The notes under the pieces: generated by a model
Seen by the model: only the letters and a program-made list of their open reading frames with translations
Databases searched by the model: none
Told to the model about the DNA's origin: nothing
Source: a virus
Lineage: Duplodnaviria > Caudoviricetes
Reading direction: 5' to 3' (one strand)
Length of the DNA: 64,000 bases
Virus record (IMG/VR): IMGVR_UViG_3300032075_000001
Coordinates: 11,382-75,381 of that record
Program-made: the position numbers and the translations under genes
Shown here: piece after piece, positions 27,698 to 38,333 of the stretch
How positions within the stretch are numbered: position 1 is the stretch's first letter
How the letters are laid out: each line of letters starts with the position of its first letter

Positions 27698-30600
27698 ATG
27701 GCCTTCGCGGTACGCACGGCTGGGGTAGCATCTGGTGGCTCGTCCTCCGGCACGGGGAATCGCACTGCGACTTTCACTCCGGCAGTGGGAGATCTCGTCG
27801 TCGTCTACTGTTGCGTCGCCGCGAACACGAACGACACTCCCACTTGCTCAGACGACAATTCCGGCACCTACGACCTCATCGACACGCTCAACTTTGCTAT
27901 CTCCACAGTGAACTATCGACTCAGCGTGTTCATTCGCACGGCCTTGATGGTGAATACGACTGCGACGACGATCACAGTTGCAACTGGCAGCAACACCTCC
28001 GGCACGATCCACGTCGTTCCCTGCACGGGAGTCACACGCACCGGAGCAAACGCAGTCCGTAGCAAAGGATCGCAGAACAACCAAGCGGCTGGGACTGCGG
28101 CTCCAACCCTGAATCAAGCCGCGCTCACCAACAACGGCACACTCGTCGCGCAAGGCTCAGCCGACACGACGACAACTCCCCCGACTAACTGGACTGAAAT
28201 TCTCGACACGAGCCAGATTAATGACACAGTTGCCCTTGAATCCGCCTCACGTGCGTCAGGCTTCACTGGTACGACGATCACTTTTGGGGCAGCGTCATCC
28301 ACCCAGTTCTGCGCGCACGCGATGGAGATCGACATTACCGTGCCGCTCACGCAGTCAGCTTCGGACGATGTCAATAATCTCGCTGATGCGCGTGGGCTGG
28401 GTTATGGCAATCTCCACGCGGACACGCTCAACGCTCTCACTGACACTGCTCAAATCGTCCTCGGCTACAGTGTCGCTGCGACTGACACAGTAACCCTCAC
28501 TGACGGAGAAGCGCGTCTCCTCGGCACTCAAACAACTCTCGCCGATACTCTCGCTGCACTCTCAGATGCGAATGCACAACTACTTGGCTACTTACTTGCG
28601 CTCGCTGATACGGAAGCTGCTAACTGGGCCGACTCGCATCAACTCCTCCTCTCGCAACGACTGGCGCTCGCAGACAACTCATTCAACACGGCTGATGCCG
28701 CAACTATCCAACTTGGCATAACTCTCGCCCTCACCGATTCACTCGAACCGCTCACGGACGATGAATCTCGCCTCGTTACTATCCAGCTTGCTTTTTCAGA
28801 CTTAATCACTCTATCGGACTCGATTCCCGAGCTAACGCACGGATTCAACTTTCGCTCCACTTCTACCTTCGTCACCGATGGCGCAGATCAGACCTACGTA
28901 CTATCGAATACCTATCCTGTTACCCGGGATGACTTTAATTTCGGTTATCAAATACCGGGAATAGCCCGTGTCGATCGCTCCACTGGCACTGATCCGAGAC
29001 TGGCCGGAGCGCACCTTGCTACTAACGAAGAAGAGGCTACGTACGTCTTCCGTCTCGATCTTCCTACCGCTGGTACGTATCGCGTCGGTCTGGCTATTGG
29101 TGACTTCAGCGCCAGTGCGCGGAGCTATATTGAAGTACGAGACAACAACACGCCGTTCATTACCTTTAGCCCGATAGATACCAACGCCGGAGAATTCGCC
29201 GACGCCACGGGGACGATCCATACCGCCGCTAATTGGCCTGCGAACAATACCACTGTCGAGCACGTCTTTACCTCGACGATATTGCGGATCGCCATCAATG
29301 GAACGTTCGACAGTGGCGATTCGGCGATTGCGCATTTATCAATCTCTCAAGTTCAAGAGGGTGCGACTACGCCTTTCGCGATTGGTTACGGGTTGCTGAT
29401 AACAGAGGCGCTGGATGCACTGACCGAGACTCTCAATCTGCACAGTGACGGAGAGTTGCGTACTTCAGACTCTCTCGCTCTCACTGACGCCTTCACTCTC
29501 CACCTGCATGTCATCAGCAGCGTGCTGGAGCTGGAGCTAGACGATCAACTGTCACTGGATGATTCGTGCGCGCTGGGACATGGATTGAGTTGCGTTGATT
29601 CAGTCTCGCTCACTGATAGCGTTGCGGTTCAACTCGGCTATCTCGCCCAATTTTCCGACTCGCTCCAGTCGTTTAATGACAGTGTCAGTCTCCAGTTGGG
29701 CCAGCTAGCAGCACTCTCCGACTCGCTCACTCTCACCGACAGTGAGTTAACGACACTAGGCTACGAGGAACAAGCGACTGACACTCTCGTTCTGACTGAC
29801 GCGGAGACTAACGAGCTAAGTTATCGATTCACTTTCACGGAGACGATCACACTCACTGACTCACTTGCGTTGGGTATTGGGTTAATTTTCGCAGATACTG
29901 CTGCGATTCTTACTGACTCGATCTCCACGCAACTCGATCACTTACTCGACTTCAGCGATTCACTCATCATTATTGATAGCGTTGTCATCACCCTCGGCTA
30001 TGCAGAGAGCGCGAGTGATTCACTTCTGCTCACGGACGCTGAGTCACATCGACTAGACCAGTTGCGCGCTTTCTCAGACCTACTCGTCCTTACTGACGAG
30101 GTCGCACTCGGCTTCGGACTACTATTCACGGATAACGTTGCAACCTTTACCGACTCGATCTCAGTCAGACTTAACGAACTCCTCAATTTCAGTGATTCGC
30201 TAGTTCTCGCAGACAACGTCTCGCTCCGACTCGCCTATGAGCTGCAATTCGCCGACTCAATCGACAATCTTCTCGATAATGAGACGCAGCGACTTGAACA
30301 ACGGCTAACCTTTACCGACTCGCTCAACACTCTCAGCGATTCACTCACTTTCACGCTTGGCGAAGTACTGAGCTTCAGTGACTCCATCACGTTAATCGAT
30401 TCCCTCGTCCTCGGCTATGGCCTCGCTCTCACCGACGACGCCAGTTTCCTCATGGACGACATCCTCACTAGTGCGCCACAGGGGCCGTTGCGCGAGGTTG
30501 GCGTGACAGATGCGCTTACACCGCTCACTGATGAAGTTTTACTCAGACTCGACTACTTGCTCTCCGTCGCCGACACGGTGGCGAATCTCGACGATTCCTC

Positions 30601-31558
30601 GGCATTGATCGAAGGTTTGCGAACTTCCTTTAGCGATCTCTTCGCACTCTCGGACTCGATCTTTCCCACTTTGAACCACTTGCTCCCACTGACTGACGCT
30701 CTCGTCTTCGGTGATTCAATCCAGTTGCAGGTGGGTTATGAGATTGCGAATGCGGATGTGCTCTCGCTCAGCGATAATATCTCCCTGCGTGTGAGTTACA
30801 ATCTCGCGTTCTCGGACAACCTCACTCTAACTGATGACGTACAACTCAACCTGTCATATCGCACGCAACTCGCTGATAGTTTTACGCTGACGGATTCCAT
30901 CGCAACGACACTCAGCTATAATCAGTCTCTTGCTGACTCACTCACACTCACCGATAGTGTTCAGTTGCAATTGGGTTACGAACTCGCTACGTCTGATTCG
31001 ATCGCCCTCACCGACTCGTCCACCACCACTCTCACCCACATCCTCTCACTTGCGGATAATGTTGCATTATTAGCTGATTCCGCCCTGTTTACCCCTGGTC
31101 TAACCCTGATTATCGCGGATAATGGGCCAATCTTCACTGACTCAGTTTCCTTGTTTGGTACAGGCCAGCTTCAACTCAGCGACGCGCTCGCACTCACTGA
31201 CTCGCTCGCGAAGTTCAGCGCTGGGTTCATTGAGTTCGACGACACGCTCGTCATCTCAGACAGTGTCGCCATTGACCTGCGCGGGCCGGACTTGGACGAG
31301 GCGCCGAGTGATTCGTTGCTACTGACCGACGCGATCTCGATCTCGCTCGGCAATGAACTACGCATCGAGTTGCAACTCACCGATACGATCACACTTACTG
31401 ACCACTATTTCGACCTCCGCTATCCCTACACCCCTAGCGCTAAACGACATATTGTAGTACCATCCCGCGCGAGGGTGACGATCCCAGCTAAACGAACAGG
31501 AATTGTAGTGCCGCCGAGTGACAGAATGACGAGAATCGAACGAGCAAGGCTGAATTAG
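27698..31558 (+). CDS. Giant acidic Ser/Thr/Asp/Leu-rich repeat protein, probable virion fibre or whisker (1286 aa)
   Basis: Dozens of ~20-21-aa repeats such as LADSLTLTDSVQLQLGYELA; globular N-terminal domain; non-repeat insert near 28830-29360; basic C-terminal tail. Confidence 0.75.
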   Translation: MAFAVRTAGVASGGSSSGTGNRTATFTPAVGDLVVVYCCVAANTNDTPTCSDDNSGTYDLIDTLNFAISTVNYRLSVFIRTALMVNTTATTITVATGSNTSGTIHVVPCTGVTRTGANAVRSKGSQNNQAAGTAAPTLNQAALTNNGTLVAQGSADTTTTPPTNWTEILDTSQINDTVALESASRASGFTGTTITFGAASSTQFCAHAMEIDITVPLTQSASDDVNNLADARGLGYGNLHADTLNALTDTAQIVLGYSVAATDTVTLTDGEARLLGTQTTLADTLAALSDANAQLLGYLLALADTEAANWADSHQLLLSQRLALADNSFNTADAATIQLGITLALTDSLEPLTDDESRLVTIQLAFSDLITLSDSIPELTHGFNFRSTSTFVTDGADQTYVLSNTYPVTRDDFNFGYQIPGIARVDRSTGTDPRLAGAHLATNEEEATYVFRLDLPTAGTYRVGLAIGDFSASARSYIEVRDNNTPFITFSPIDTNAGEFADATGTIHTAANWPANNTTVEHVFTSTILRIAINGTFDSGDSAIAHLSISQVQEGATTPFAIGYGLLITEALDALTETLNLHSDGELRTSDSLALTDAFTLHLHVISSVLELELDDQLSLDDSCALGHGLSCVDSVSLTDSVAVQLGYLAQFSDSLQSFNDSVSLQLGQLAALSDSLTLTDSELTTLGYEEQATDTLVLTDAETNELSYRFTFTETITLTDSLALGIGLIFADTAAILTDSISTQLDHLLDFSDSLIIIDSVVITLGYAESASDSLLLTDAESHRLDQLRAFSDLLVLTDEVALGFGLLFTDNVATFTDSISVRLNELLNFSDSLVLADNVSLRLAYELQFADSIDNLLDNETQRLEQRLTFTDSLNTLSDSLTFTLGEVLSFSDSITLIDSLVLGYGLALTDDASFLMDDILTSAPQGPLREVGVTDALTPLTDEVLLRLDYLLSVADTVANLDDSSALIEGLRTSFSDLFALSDSIFPTLNHLLPLTDALVFGDSIQLQVGYEIANADVLSLSDNISLRVSYNLAFSDNLTLTDDVQLNLSYRTQLADSFTLTDSIATTLSYNQSLADSLTLTDSVQLQLGYELATSDSIALTDSSTTTLTHILSLADNVALLADSALFTPGLTLIIADNGPIFTDSVSLFGTGQLQLSDALALTDSLAKFSAGFIEFDDTLVISDSVAIDLRGPDLDEAPSDSLLLTDAISISLGNELRIELQLTDTITLTDHYFDLRYPYTPSAKRHIVVPSRARVTIPAKRTGIVVPPSDRMTRIERARLN

Positions 31559-31653
31559 CTTTAGATGTTTATCCAGATAGCGATGGCGATGGCGTACCTG
31601 ATGCCTTTGAGAATCGACTGTCGATTAGTGAAATTCTAAACGGTAACGATTCA

Positions 31654-33275
31654 ATGAACGCTCTCGATATTGCGCAAAGGTCCAACAAGGCCCTGAATAA
31701 ACAGGTTGCCGCACTGCGTTGCCAGTTAGGAAGCGCTGAGAACGAAATCGAAAATCTGAAAGCTAAGAATACTGCACTGACGGCCCAGTTAAAAATCCCT
31801 GTATCGGCGACTGATAGTAGTACGATTGTCACCGTTGAAATCGAGAAGACTATGCGTTCAGCCAATGCAGGAGAATGGGTATTCACCGCGCAGGGGCTTT
31901 TCCAGTGTCCGGGGTTCGACGCTAATCGTTATCGAGGTTACGTAGTTCGGCGCTTCATTAAATAATCTCAATGAGCACCGCCCGCATCCAACTCCGCGAA
32001 CTGATCGTCGCCGACATCAACGAGCACCACCCTGATAACGCGGACAAAGCGCAGGCGATCGTGGATCAACTACTCAACATGCCGCAGATGGAATCCGACG
32101 ACAGTGTGATTCGGTTCATCAATTCGTATCGACGGGCGGTGGAGAGGAGGGACAGTGGGGGAATTCCTGCTCAATAACATCCGTCAGCAGATAGTCGTGA
32201 TGCAGCAAATAGGTAAGAAGCCGGAGCGGCTGGTCTGTGATACCCGTAGCTGGGATGCGCTCGTTGATGAACTCGTGCCCTTGCTGCCAATGTATCCACT
32301 CACGTCCGGCAGGCCAAAGATCTACGGACTGGAAGTTGAGTTCTCCCCTGAACCAAACTTTGAGGTGAAGTGAATGGCCTTCTCCGACAAACTCGCAGTA
32401 GCTGATGGCGTCTCAATCACACTCAACTGCGGCCTCTGCGGTCAGGTCGCAACTGAGAACCACTCCTGCACAAAGCGCTACTTGCGCAATCCGGCAATCG
32501 TCTTCGTGCGGTGCTTGGTTGATCCATCCTCAGACGATCCCAACGACCTCTTTCTCGTGAAGGTGAAGGATTGTAGTGAGGAATACACGACGACAAGGGA
32601 GACATTGAAGCGGGATTATGAGGAGCTATGAAATTTTGCTTGTTTGCCAATGCGACCTTTGAGGCTGAGAACATTGACGATGCTTTCAAGCGGCTTGCGG
32701 CCCACTTTCAACAATTAGCTGAGTATGGGGTTGGCGATTCATCGGAAGACGATCAGTTATTTGAAGGTGGAGTTGTTCAGATTACCAAGTATCGCGATCA
32801 TGACGGAGATGAATCTCGATGACCTGCACGCACGAATCCTTCAGCGGCTCGGTTGAAGTAGGGCGCATCGTCGATCGCTCTCCGATTGAGTTCATCGCTG
32901 AAGTGACAATCCACTGCGACGAGTGCGGGCTGCCGTTCACTTTCGACGAGAATCACTTCGCGGTGAGTGTGGACAGGTTGCGACTGAGGTACAAGTTGAA
33001 GCCTGCGTCAACTGTTTCGAGCAATGGAAGGCTGAATTGAAATGAACTGTGAATACTGTGGACGATTCGTAAGAGACGAAACCTGTGCTGGTTGTGGTGC
33101 GCCTAATCGCTACGTTCATCAAGGTGATCCGATTCGACTACGAGCGGGAGTCGATCCCCGTGAGCGCGGATACTTTAGTACCTCCGGCTACTTTGGTGAG
33201 CATACGATGATAAGCACTGCTATGTTTAGTACTACAAGCCTCGGAAGAGAGTTTCGCCGCACCGACGAATTCTAA
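31654..33275 (+). other. Array of small accessory genes
   Basis: Abutting ORFs 31654-31965, 31971-32177, 32155-32373, 32374-32631, 32628-32822, 32819-33040 and 33042-33275 (Zn ribbon). Confidence 0.65.
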
Positions 33276-33290
33276 CTATAAGGAGACTGA

Positions 33291-34610
33291 ATGTCTGGAC
33301 ACTACCCAATGTTCACTGGTCTAATGATTGGTATTCCCCTCAGCGGTCGGCCCATCGTGCCGCAGTGGGCCTTCGGTTACGCGGCCCTCCATCCGCCCAT
33401 GTGCTACAACGTCATCACTTGCCATACGTGGAAAGCGCCGATTGCAGAAGCGCGCAATTACTTCGCTGAGCAGGCGATCGCAAACGGAGCCCGTTACCTT
33501 TTTACCCTTGACGAAGATGTCGTTGCACCGGGCCACACTTTGCGTCAGCTCATCTATCAAGCCGAGAACAGGCCAGAGGCAATGGTCATCGGCGGTATCT
33601 ACTGCCATAAATCTCCGCCTGCAATGCCGATGGTGTTTCGCGGTATGGGCGCTGGTCCATACTTCGATTGGAAAGCGGGCGAGCTATTTGAAGTTGATGG
33701 CATTGCGATGGGCTGCACGTTGATCAAAACGGAAGTCTTCAAGCACTTGCCTAAGCCTTGGTTTCGCACAGTTGACGATCTCAGCGCATACTTCGACGGC
33801 AAGACGAAAGCAGAAGTGTGGACGGAAGATCTTTGGTTTTCAAAACTGGTAAGAGACGCAGGGTTTAAGATCTACGCTGACGGCGCGGTCCTGTGCGAAC
33901 ACTGGGATTACAACACGATGACTGCGACGACGCTCCCAGCCGACTCCCCGCCGATGCGCCGCGCCACTACCGCAGTCAAGGGTCAGAAAAAGATTCTCGA
34001 CTTAGGCTGTGGTGAGAGTAAATACCAGTCTGATGAAGGTGACGTATTGACAGTCGATATTCGCGAGGATGTTAACCCTGACTACCGTGCGGATCTGCGT
34101 CAACTACCATTCGCGACCGGGGAATTTGATCAAGTCTATAGTTCGCACGTGTTTGAACATTTCTCCCGTGCGGATGTCGTCAAAGTCATGGACGAAGCGG
34201 TTCGCGTACTCAAACCAGACGGTGAACTGCGACTCGTGCTCCCGAATATCCAATGGGCCGCAGAGCGCATCATGCAGAACAAGGTCGATGACGACGTGAT
34301 GAATGTCGTTCTGGGAGCCCAAACCTACAAAGAGAACTTCCATCAATTCTTCTTTACTCCACAGACTTTGGAAGTTATGCTAAAAGAGCGCGAGTTTAAA
34401 CGGGTTGATTTTCAGTTGTCCGGTTACAATATCTATTGTAGAGCATGGCGACAGCCACCCGCTGACTTGCCGAGTCTGGGCCAGCCACCCAAATCAGTCA
34501 GACGGTTTACCAACAACGGAAAGGCCCATCATGAAATGAGTTTGTCGAGTAATGGGTACAAGAAGCGGAAGGTGGCAACTAAGTCTTCGTCCAAGAGTAA
34601 AAAGAAATGA
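33291..34610 (+). CDS. GT-A (GT2-like) glycosyltransferase fused to a class I SAM methyltransferase
   Basis: IAEARN..AEQA..GARYLFTLDEDV (DxD motif), IGMGC-like IAMGCTLIKTEVF, WTEDLWF; C-terminal ILDLGCG, ADLRQLPF, FDQVYSSHVFEHF. Confidence 0.85.
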   Translation: MSGHYPMFTGLMIGIPLSGRPIVPQWAFGYAALHPPMCYNVITCHTWKAPIAEARNYFAEQAIANGARYLFTLDEDVVAPGHTLRQLIYQAENRPEAMVIGGIYCHKSPPAMPMVFRGMGAGPYFDWKAGELFEVDGIAMGCTLIKTEVFKHLPKPWFRTVDDLSAYFDGKTKAEVWTEDLWFSKLVRDAGFKIYADGAVLCEHWDYNTMTATTLPADSPPMRRATTAVKGQKKILDLGCGESKYQSDEGDVLTVDIREDVNPDYRADLRQLPFATGEFDQVYSSHVFEHFSRADVVKVMDEAVRVLKPDGELRLVLPNIQWAAERIMQNKVDDDVMNVVLGAQTYKENFHQFFFTPQTLEVMLKEREFKRVDFQLSGYNIYCRAWRQPPADLPSLGQPPKSVRRFTNNGKAHHEMSLSSNGYKKRKVATKSSSKSKKK

Positions 34611-34972
34611 TCGACCCCGCAGAGTTGCGTGACCTGATTAAGCAGTACGGCGCTGAAGTTGACGACGAAGCGTACAAGGATGTCTACGACTTTGGCATCT
34701 GGTTCGCGGACAAGCAAGACGCAAGCGATGTAGTACTATCCGATTGGACTCCCGTCACAGTAGGGAAGGGGATAATACGTGGCTGACATCGAAATTAGTG
34801 AAACGTCGAAAGTTGAAGCCCGTGTTTTTGCGCGGCTGCACAAATTAGACCAAAGATCGGAATGGGCGCTTGCTCAGCTTCTAGAAAAAGTCTGGCAAGA
34901 TGGTTGTCAGTGTGAGCGCACGATGCAATTTCTTGAGCGTGACATCATTCCCAACGTAAACCCCGTTAAGCA

Positions 34973-35242
34973 ATGACCCCCTTCATCCAAGATCCAAACG
35001 CCGTGCTCGACTATCCCTTCGATTGGTCTACTTATCTTGCAGGGGATACGATTCAGACGAGTGTGTTCTCCGCTGACAGCGGCATCATGGTCGAATCGGA
35101 CGCGATTCTCGATCCCTCTAACACCGTCGTCTGGTTGTCGGGTGGAGTGAAAGGCAAGCGCTACGCAATCACGAATCACGTCAAGACAGCGGGTGCTAGA
35201 GAGGATGATTGGACGATCTACGTGCTGGTGAAGGAGCGGTGA
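34973..35242 (+). CDS. Phage fibre-tail adaptor-like protein
   Basis: FIQDPNAVLDYPFDWSTYLAGDTI...VVWLSGG..GKRYAITNHVKTAGAREDD pattern. Confidence 0.7.
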   Translation: MTPFIQDPNAVLDYPFDWSTYLAGDTIQTSVFSADSGIMVESDAILDPSNTVVWLSGGVKGKRYAITNHVKTAGAREDDWTIYVLVKER

Positions 35243-35685
35243 TGCGGGAACTTATCTTTCGACCGATACCTGAAGATGATGGTTCGTACCTTGAGGAACC
35301 TGAATATGACGTGCTGCTGGACGGGGAGAGTTTAACAAAGATTCGCTCTGACGACATGGACCTTCGTTCCGGTTCCCTTGATCCGCTGTGGCAAAAACTT
35401 GGTCTAAAGGTTACTTTTGAAGAAGCTGACGACTGGGACTAAATGGCCGAGCTTAAATTAACTAAAGAGCTACTGGAGACCAAGCGTCCGCTGTCAGAGA
35501 TTCGCAGTGGGCTACTTACCCGTCGTCACAAGCTACGTCCAGAAGCTGGACCACCCGTTGCGCTCATTGTTTCTAACGATGACTTCCCGATTGATTTATA
35601 CGACGGCGACAGCATGACGATCATTGTAGCGAGTGACGATAAGCCGACTATTCTTAGGATAGTAACGACCGATTCCCGTTAAGCG

Positions 35686-37098
35686 ATGGCCCTCAACTTT
35701 CTAGATCGAATGTCCGCTGCATGGAAGTCACTCCGCTTCCCTGCGCCTTCCCCACCCAACCTCGTCTCCGTCTTCCCGACATGGGCCGACTTCGATCAAG
35801 CGGTTAATCAACTCCTCATCGGCTTCAAAGGAACTGAGCGCGACTACGCCTCCGCGGTCGGCGATCTCACGATGTCGTCGTTGATGATGGCCGCAGTAAC
35901 CGCAGTGGGTAACTCTGCCTCTGAAGCTGAGCTGCAAGTCCGCGAGCAGCAAGGGAACGAGGAAGTGATCGTCGATAACCACTCCCTCGTCAAACTCTGG
36001 TATCGGCCCAACGACTTCTACGATGCCCCGACGATGCTCAAAGCCGTCTCCACCAGTTGGGTGATGACCGACAACGCTTACATTCGCAAAGAGCGCAACG
36101 ATCAAGGGCGGGTGAAAGAACTTTGGTATGAGCCGCATGGTACGATCCGGGCTAGGTACCCCGAAGACGGATCGTCCTTCATCTCCCACTATGAAGTTAA
36201 ACGCGGCCCAGACTGGTTGCCGATCCCTGTCACTGATGTCATCCACTTCCGCAATGGCCTAGACCCCGCCAACCCCCGCTATGGACTCGCGTCCACCCCC
36301 GCCATCTTCCGCGAGATCTTCGGTGACAACGAATCGGCAAACTGGTATGCGAATTTGATGGCGAATGATGCTGGGTTCCGCTACTTCCTGTCCATCGACA
36401 ATAAAGCTGGCGAACTCGGGCAGGAAGACATCAACAACATCAAGAAGCTGCTGATGGCGCAGATCTCCGGTGATAAGAAATTCACGCCGCCGATCATCAC
36501 CAACGCTGAGCCGAAGAAGTTGCAGTTTTCGCCACAGGAATTAGACCTGAGACTACAACGCTATCTCGCTGAAGAGAGATTTTGCGCGGTGAAGGGGATT
36601 CCGGGTACGGTAATGGAGTTTGGCTCGGCGGGGGAGCATTCGATTTATAATAATGTATTCCAGAGCCAGCAAAGGTTTACTAATAACTACCTAGTCCCTC
36701 TTTGGAAGCACCTTGCTGAGACTCTCACGCATCACCTGCTGCCCGATTTTGATAACCAGCCTAACCACTACGTCTTCTACGACACTGCCGATGTGAAGGC
36801 ACTGCAAGAGGATGAAACTGCTCGTCACAAACGTATTCGCGAGGATTATTTAGGCGGCGGAATTACTCGCGCTGAGTACCGTCGAGCGATCGGACTGGAC
36901 GCAACTGAGGCTGACGACGTATATTTCGTCCCGAGAGGTGGGGCAACGCAGGCGCGCGATGCCACTGCGCCAGCTCATGCCGCTGCTCCTGCGACTACGA
37001 CCGCAACTGCGAGTAACAATGGAAACGGTGCAAGCGATAACGGCACAAGTGGGGTAAAACCTAGTCCGGCAATTTCAACAGCGAGGTTGGTTTCGTGA
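35686..37098 (+). CDS. Portal protein (HK97-like)
   Basis: L..RPN, DNAYIRKERND.GRVKELWY, DVIHFRNG......RYGLAS, ERFCAVKGIP and ITRAEYRRAIGL motifs. Confidence 0.9.
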   Translation: MALNFLDRMSAAWKSLRFPAPSPPNLVSVFPTWADFDQAVNQLLIGFKGTERDYASAVGDLTMSSLMMAAVTAVGNSASEAELQVREQQGNEEVIVDNHSLVKLWYRPNDFYDAPTMLKAVSTSWVMTDNAYIRKERNDQGRVKELWYEPHGTIRARYPEDGSSFISHYEVKRGPDWLPIPVTDVIHFRNGLDPANPRYGLASTPAIFREIFGDNESANWYANLMANDAGFRYFLSIDNKAGELGQEDINNIKKLLMAQISGDKKFTPPIITNAEPKKLQFSPQELDLRLQRYLAEERFCAVKGIPGTVMEFGSAGEHSIYNNVFQSQQRFTNNYLVPLWKHLAETLTHHLLPDFDNQPNHYVFYDTADVKALQEDETARHKRIREDYLGGGITRAEYRRAIGLDATEADDVYFVPRGGATQARDATAPAHAAAPATTTATASNNGNGASDNGTSGVKPSPAISTARLVS

Positions 37099-37684
37099 GC
37101 AAATTTAGCAGCCTAAAATGCGGGAAGCGGCTACCAAGCATCGAACGAAACGGATGGAGATTTTCATTGCTTTGCGATTTGCCTATGGCCCATGAAGGTC
37201 CATGTGAGCCGGACGATCTAGAAATCTTGGCAGGAACTATTATTCCTAGCCTAAAACAGCATCAGTGGTGGTGCGGCGGTAAGGAACCGTGTGCTTGTAC
37301 TGAGACGTGGAAAGCCAAATACCTTAAACGTCCAGATCCCGATGGCACGATTGAGTTGATGTTAAAACAGGCTCGCGCAAACGATAAACACACAATGGAA
37401 GCAATTTACGGCAGGCAAGATTGATTCCGAATGAGCACCCAATCCATCCCCCGCCTGATAAAACCTGTTGCAACCGAGCCAATCGGTGATAGAATCCGGC
37501 TGACTGAAGCGCTTGAGGTCGAAATCAGACGCATTGTGCGCGAGGAGATGAGAGAGTTTCTACTGGCCCAGCGCCGGGCCGCGAAGTACATCGATAGTGC
37601 GGTAATTCAACAGCTTGGATTGACAACTTCTTAGGTCGCAGCTCGAACCGAGCCCCGCCTGTCATTTTGCAGATCGCGCTAGTC

Positions 37685-37715
37685 GCCTGTCTGTGATGAC
37701 AGGCTTTTCGTTTTT
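37685..37715 (+). terminator. Rho-independent terminator between convergent genes
   Basis: GCCTGTC-TGTGAT-GACAGGC followed by TTTTCGTTTTT. Confidence 0.7.
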
Positions 37716-38295
37716 ACTGGATATGTTTCCAGATTTGACCAGTGTTAATCCGGCAGATGACGCTCTGAGCGATATTGAATTTTCGACCGATTTCAGCCTG
37801 AGGTAAACCGAGCTTGAGTAATTGCTTGATTTCAGAAACCTGCGCATCTTGCAACTTGGTCATGAAGTTATCTTGCCCGCGAGGTAGACGCTCAGGATGT
37901 TTACGTGAGCCGTTTCTGTCACCAAATGCTGCAAGTCCAGTTCTGGAGGCATGTTGATGATTTTCCAGAACAGTACAGTATTCAAGGTTCTCGGCGTGAT
38001 TGTTGAGCTTGTCACCGTCGAGGTGATTGATTTCGTAACCCGCTGGACGTGGCCCAATAAAAGCTTCCGCTACCAAGTGATGGATGAGGGCCTGTCTACG
38101 GTGCTCTCTTCCGTTACTCAGCACGACGAAATAATAGCCACGTCCGTTTCGTCCGTTGATTTGCGGCTTGCGGATTCGATTGATCGAAGTTCTAGGACGT
38201 GGAGAGATATTTCTAACCCGGCCATGATTAGAAACTTCATACAACAAATCAAAGCCGTTAACGGGCTTCCATTGTTCGACGTTGTTGGGGCTCAC
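37714..38295 (-). CDS. NUMOD4-HNH homing endonuclease
   Basis: EQWKPVNGFDLLYEVSNHGRVRN, IHHLVAEAFIGP, INHLDGDKLNNHAENLEY; GTG at 38295 lies 7 nt after TGgTATAAT, so a leaderless start is likely. Confidence 0.9.
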   Translation of the reverse strand: MSPNNVEQWKPVNGFDLLYEVSNHGRVRNISPRPRTSINRIRKPQINGRNGRGYYFVVLSNGREHRRQALIHHLVAEAFIGPRPAGYEINHLDGDKLNNHAENLEYCTVLENHQHASRTGLAAFGDRNGSRKHPERLPRGQDNFMTKLQDAQVSEIKQLLKLGLPQAEIGRKFNIAQSVICRINTGQIWKHIQ

Positions 38296-38333
38296 GAGCG
38301 AATTATACCACTTCACCGATAGGAGATGAACGA

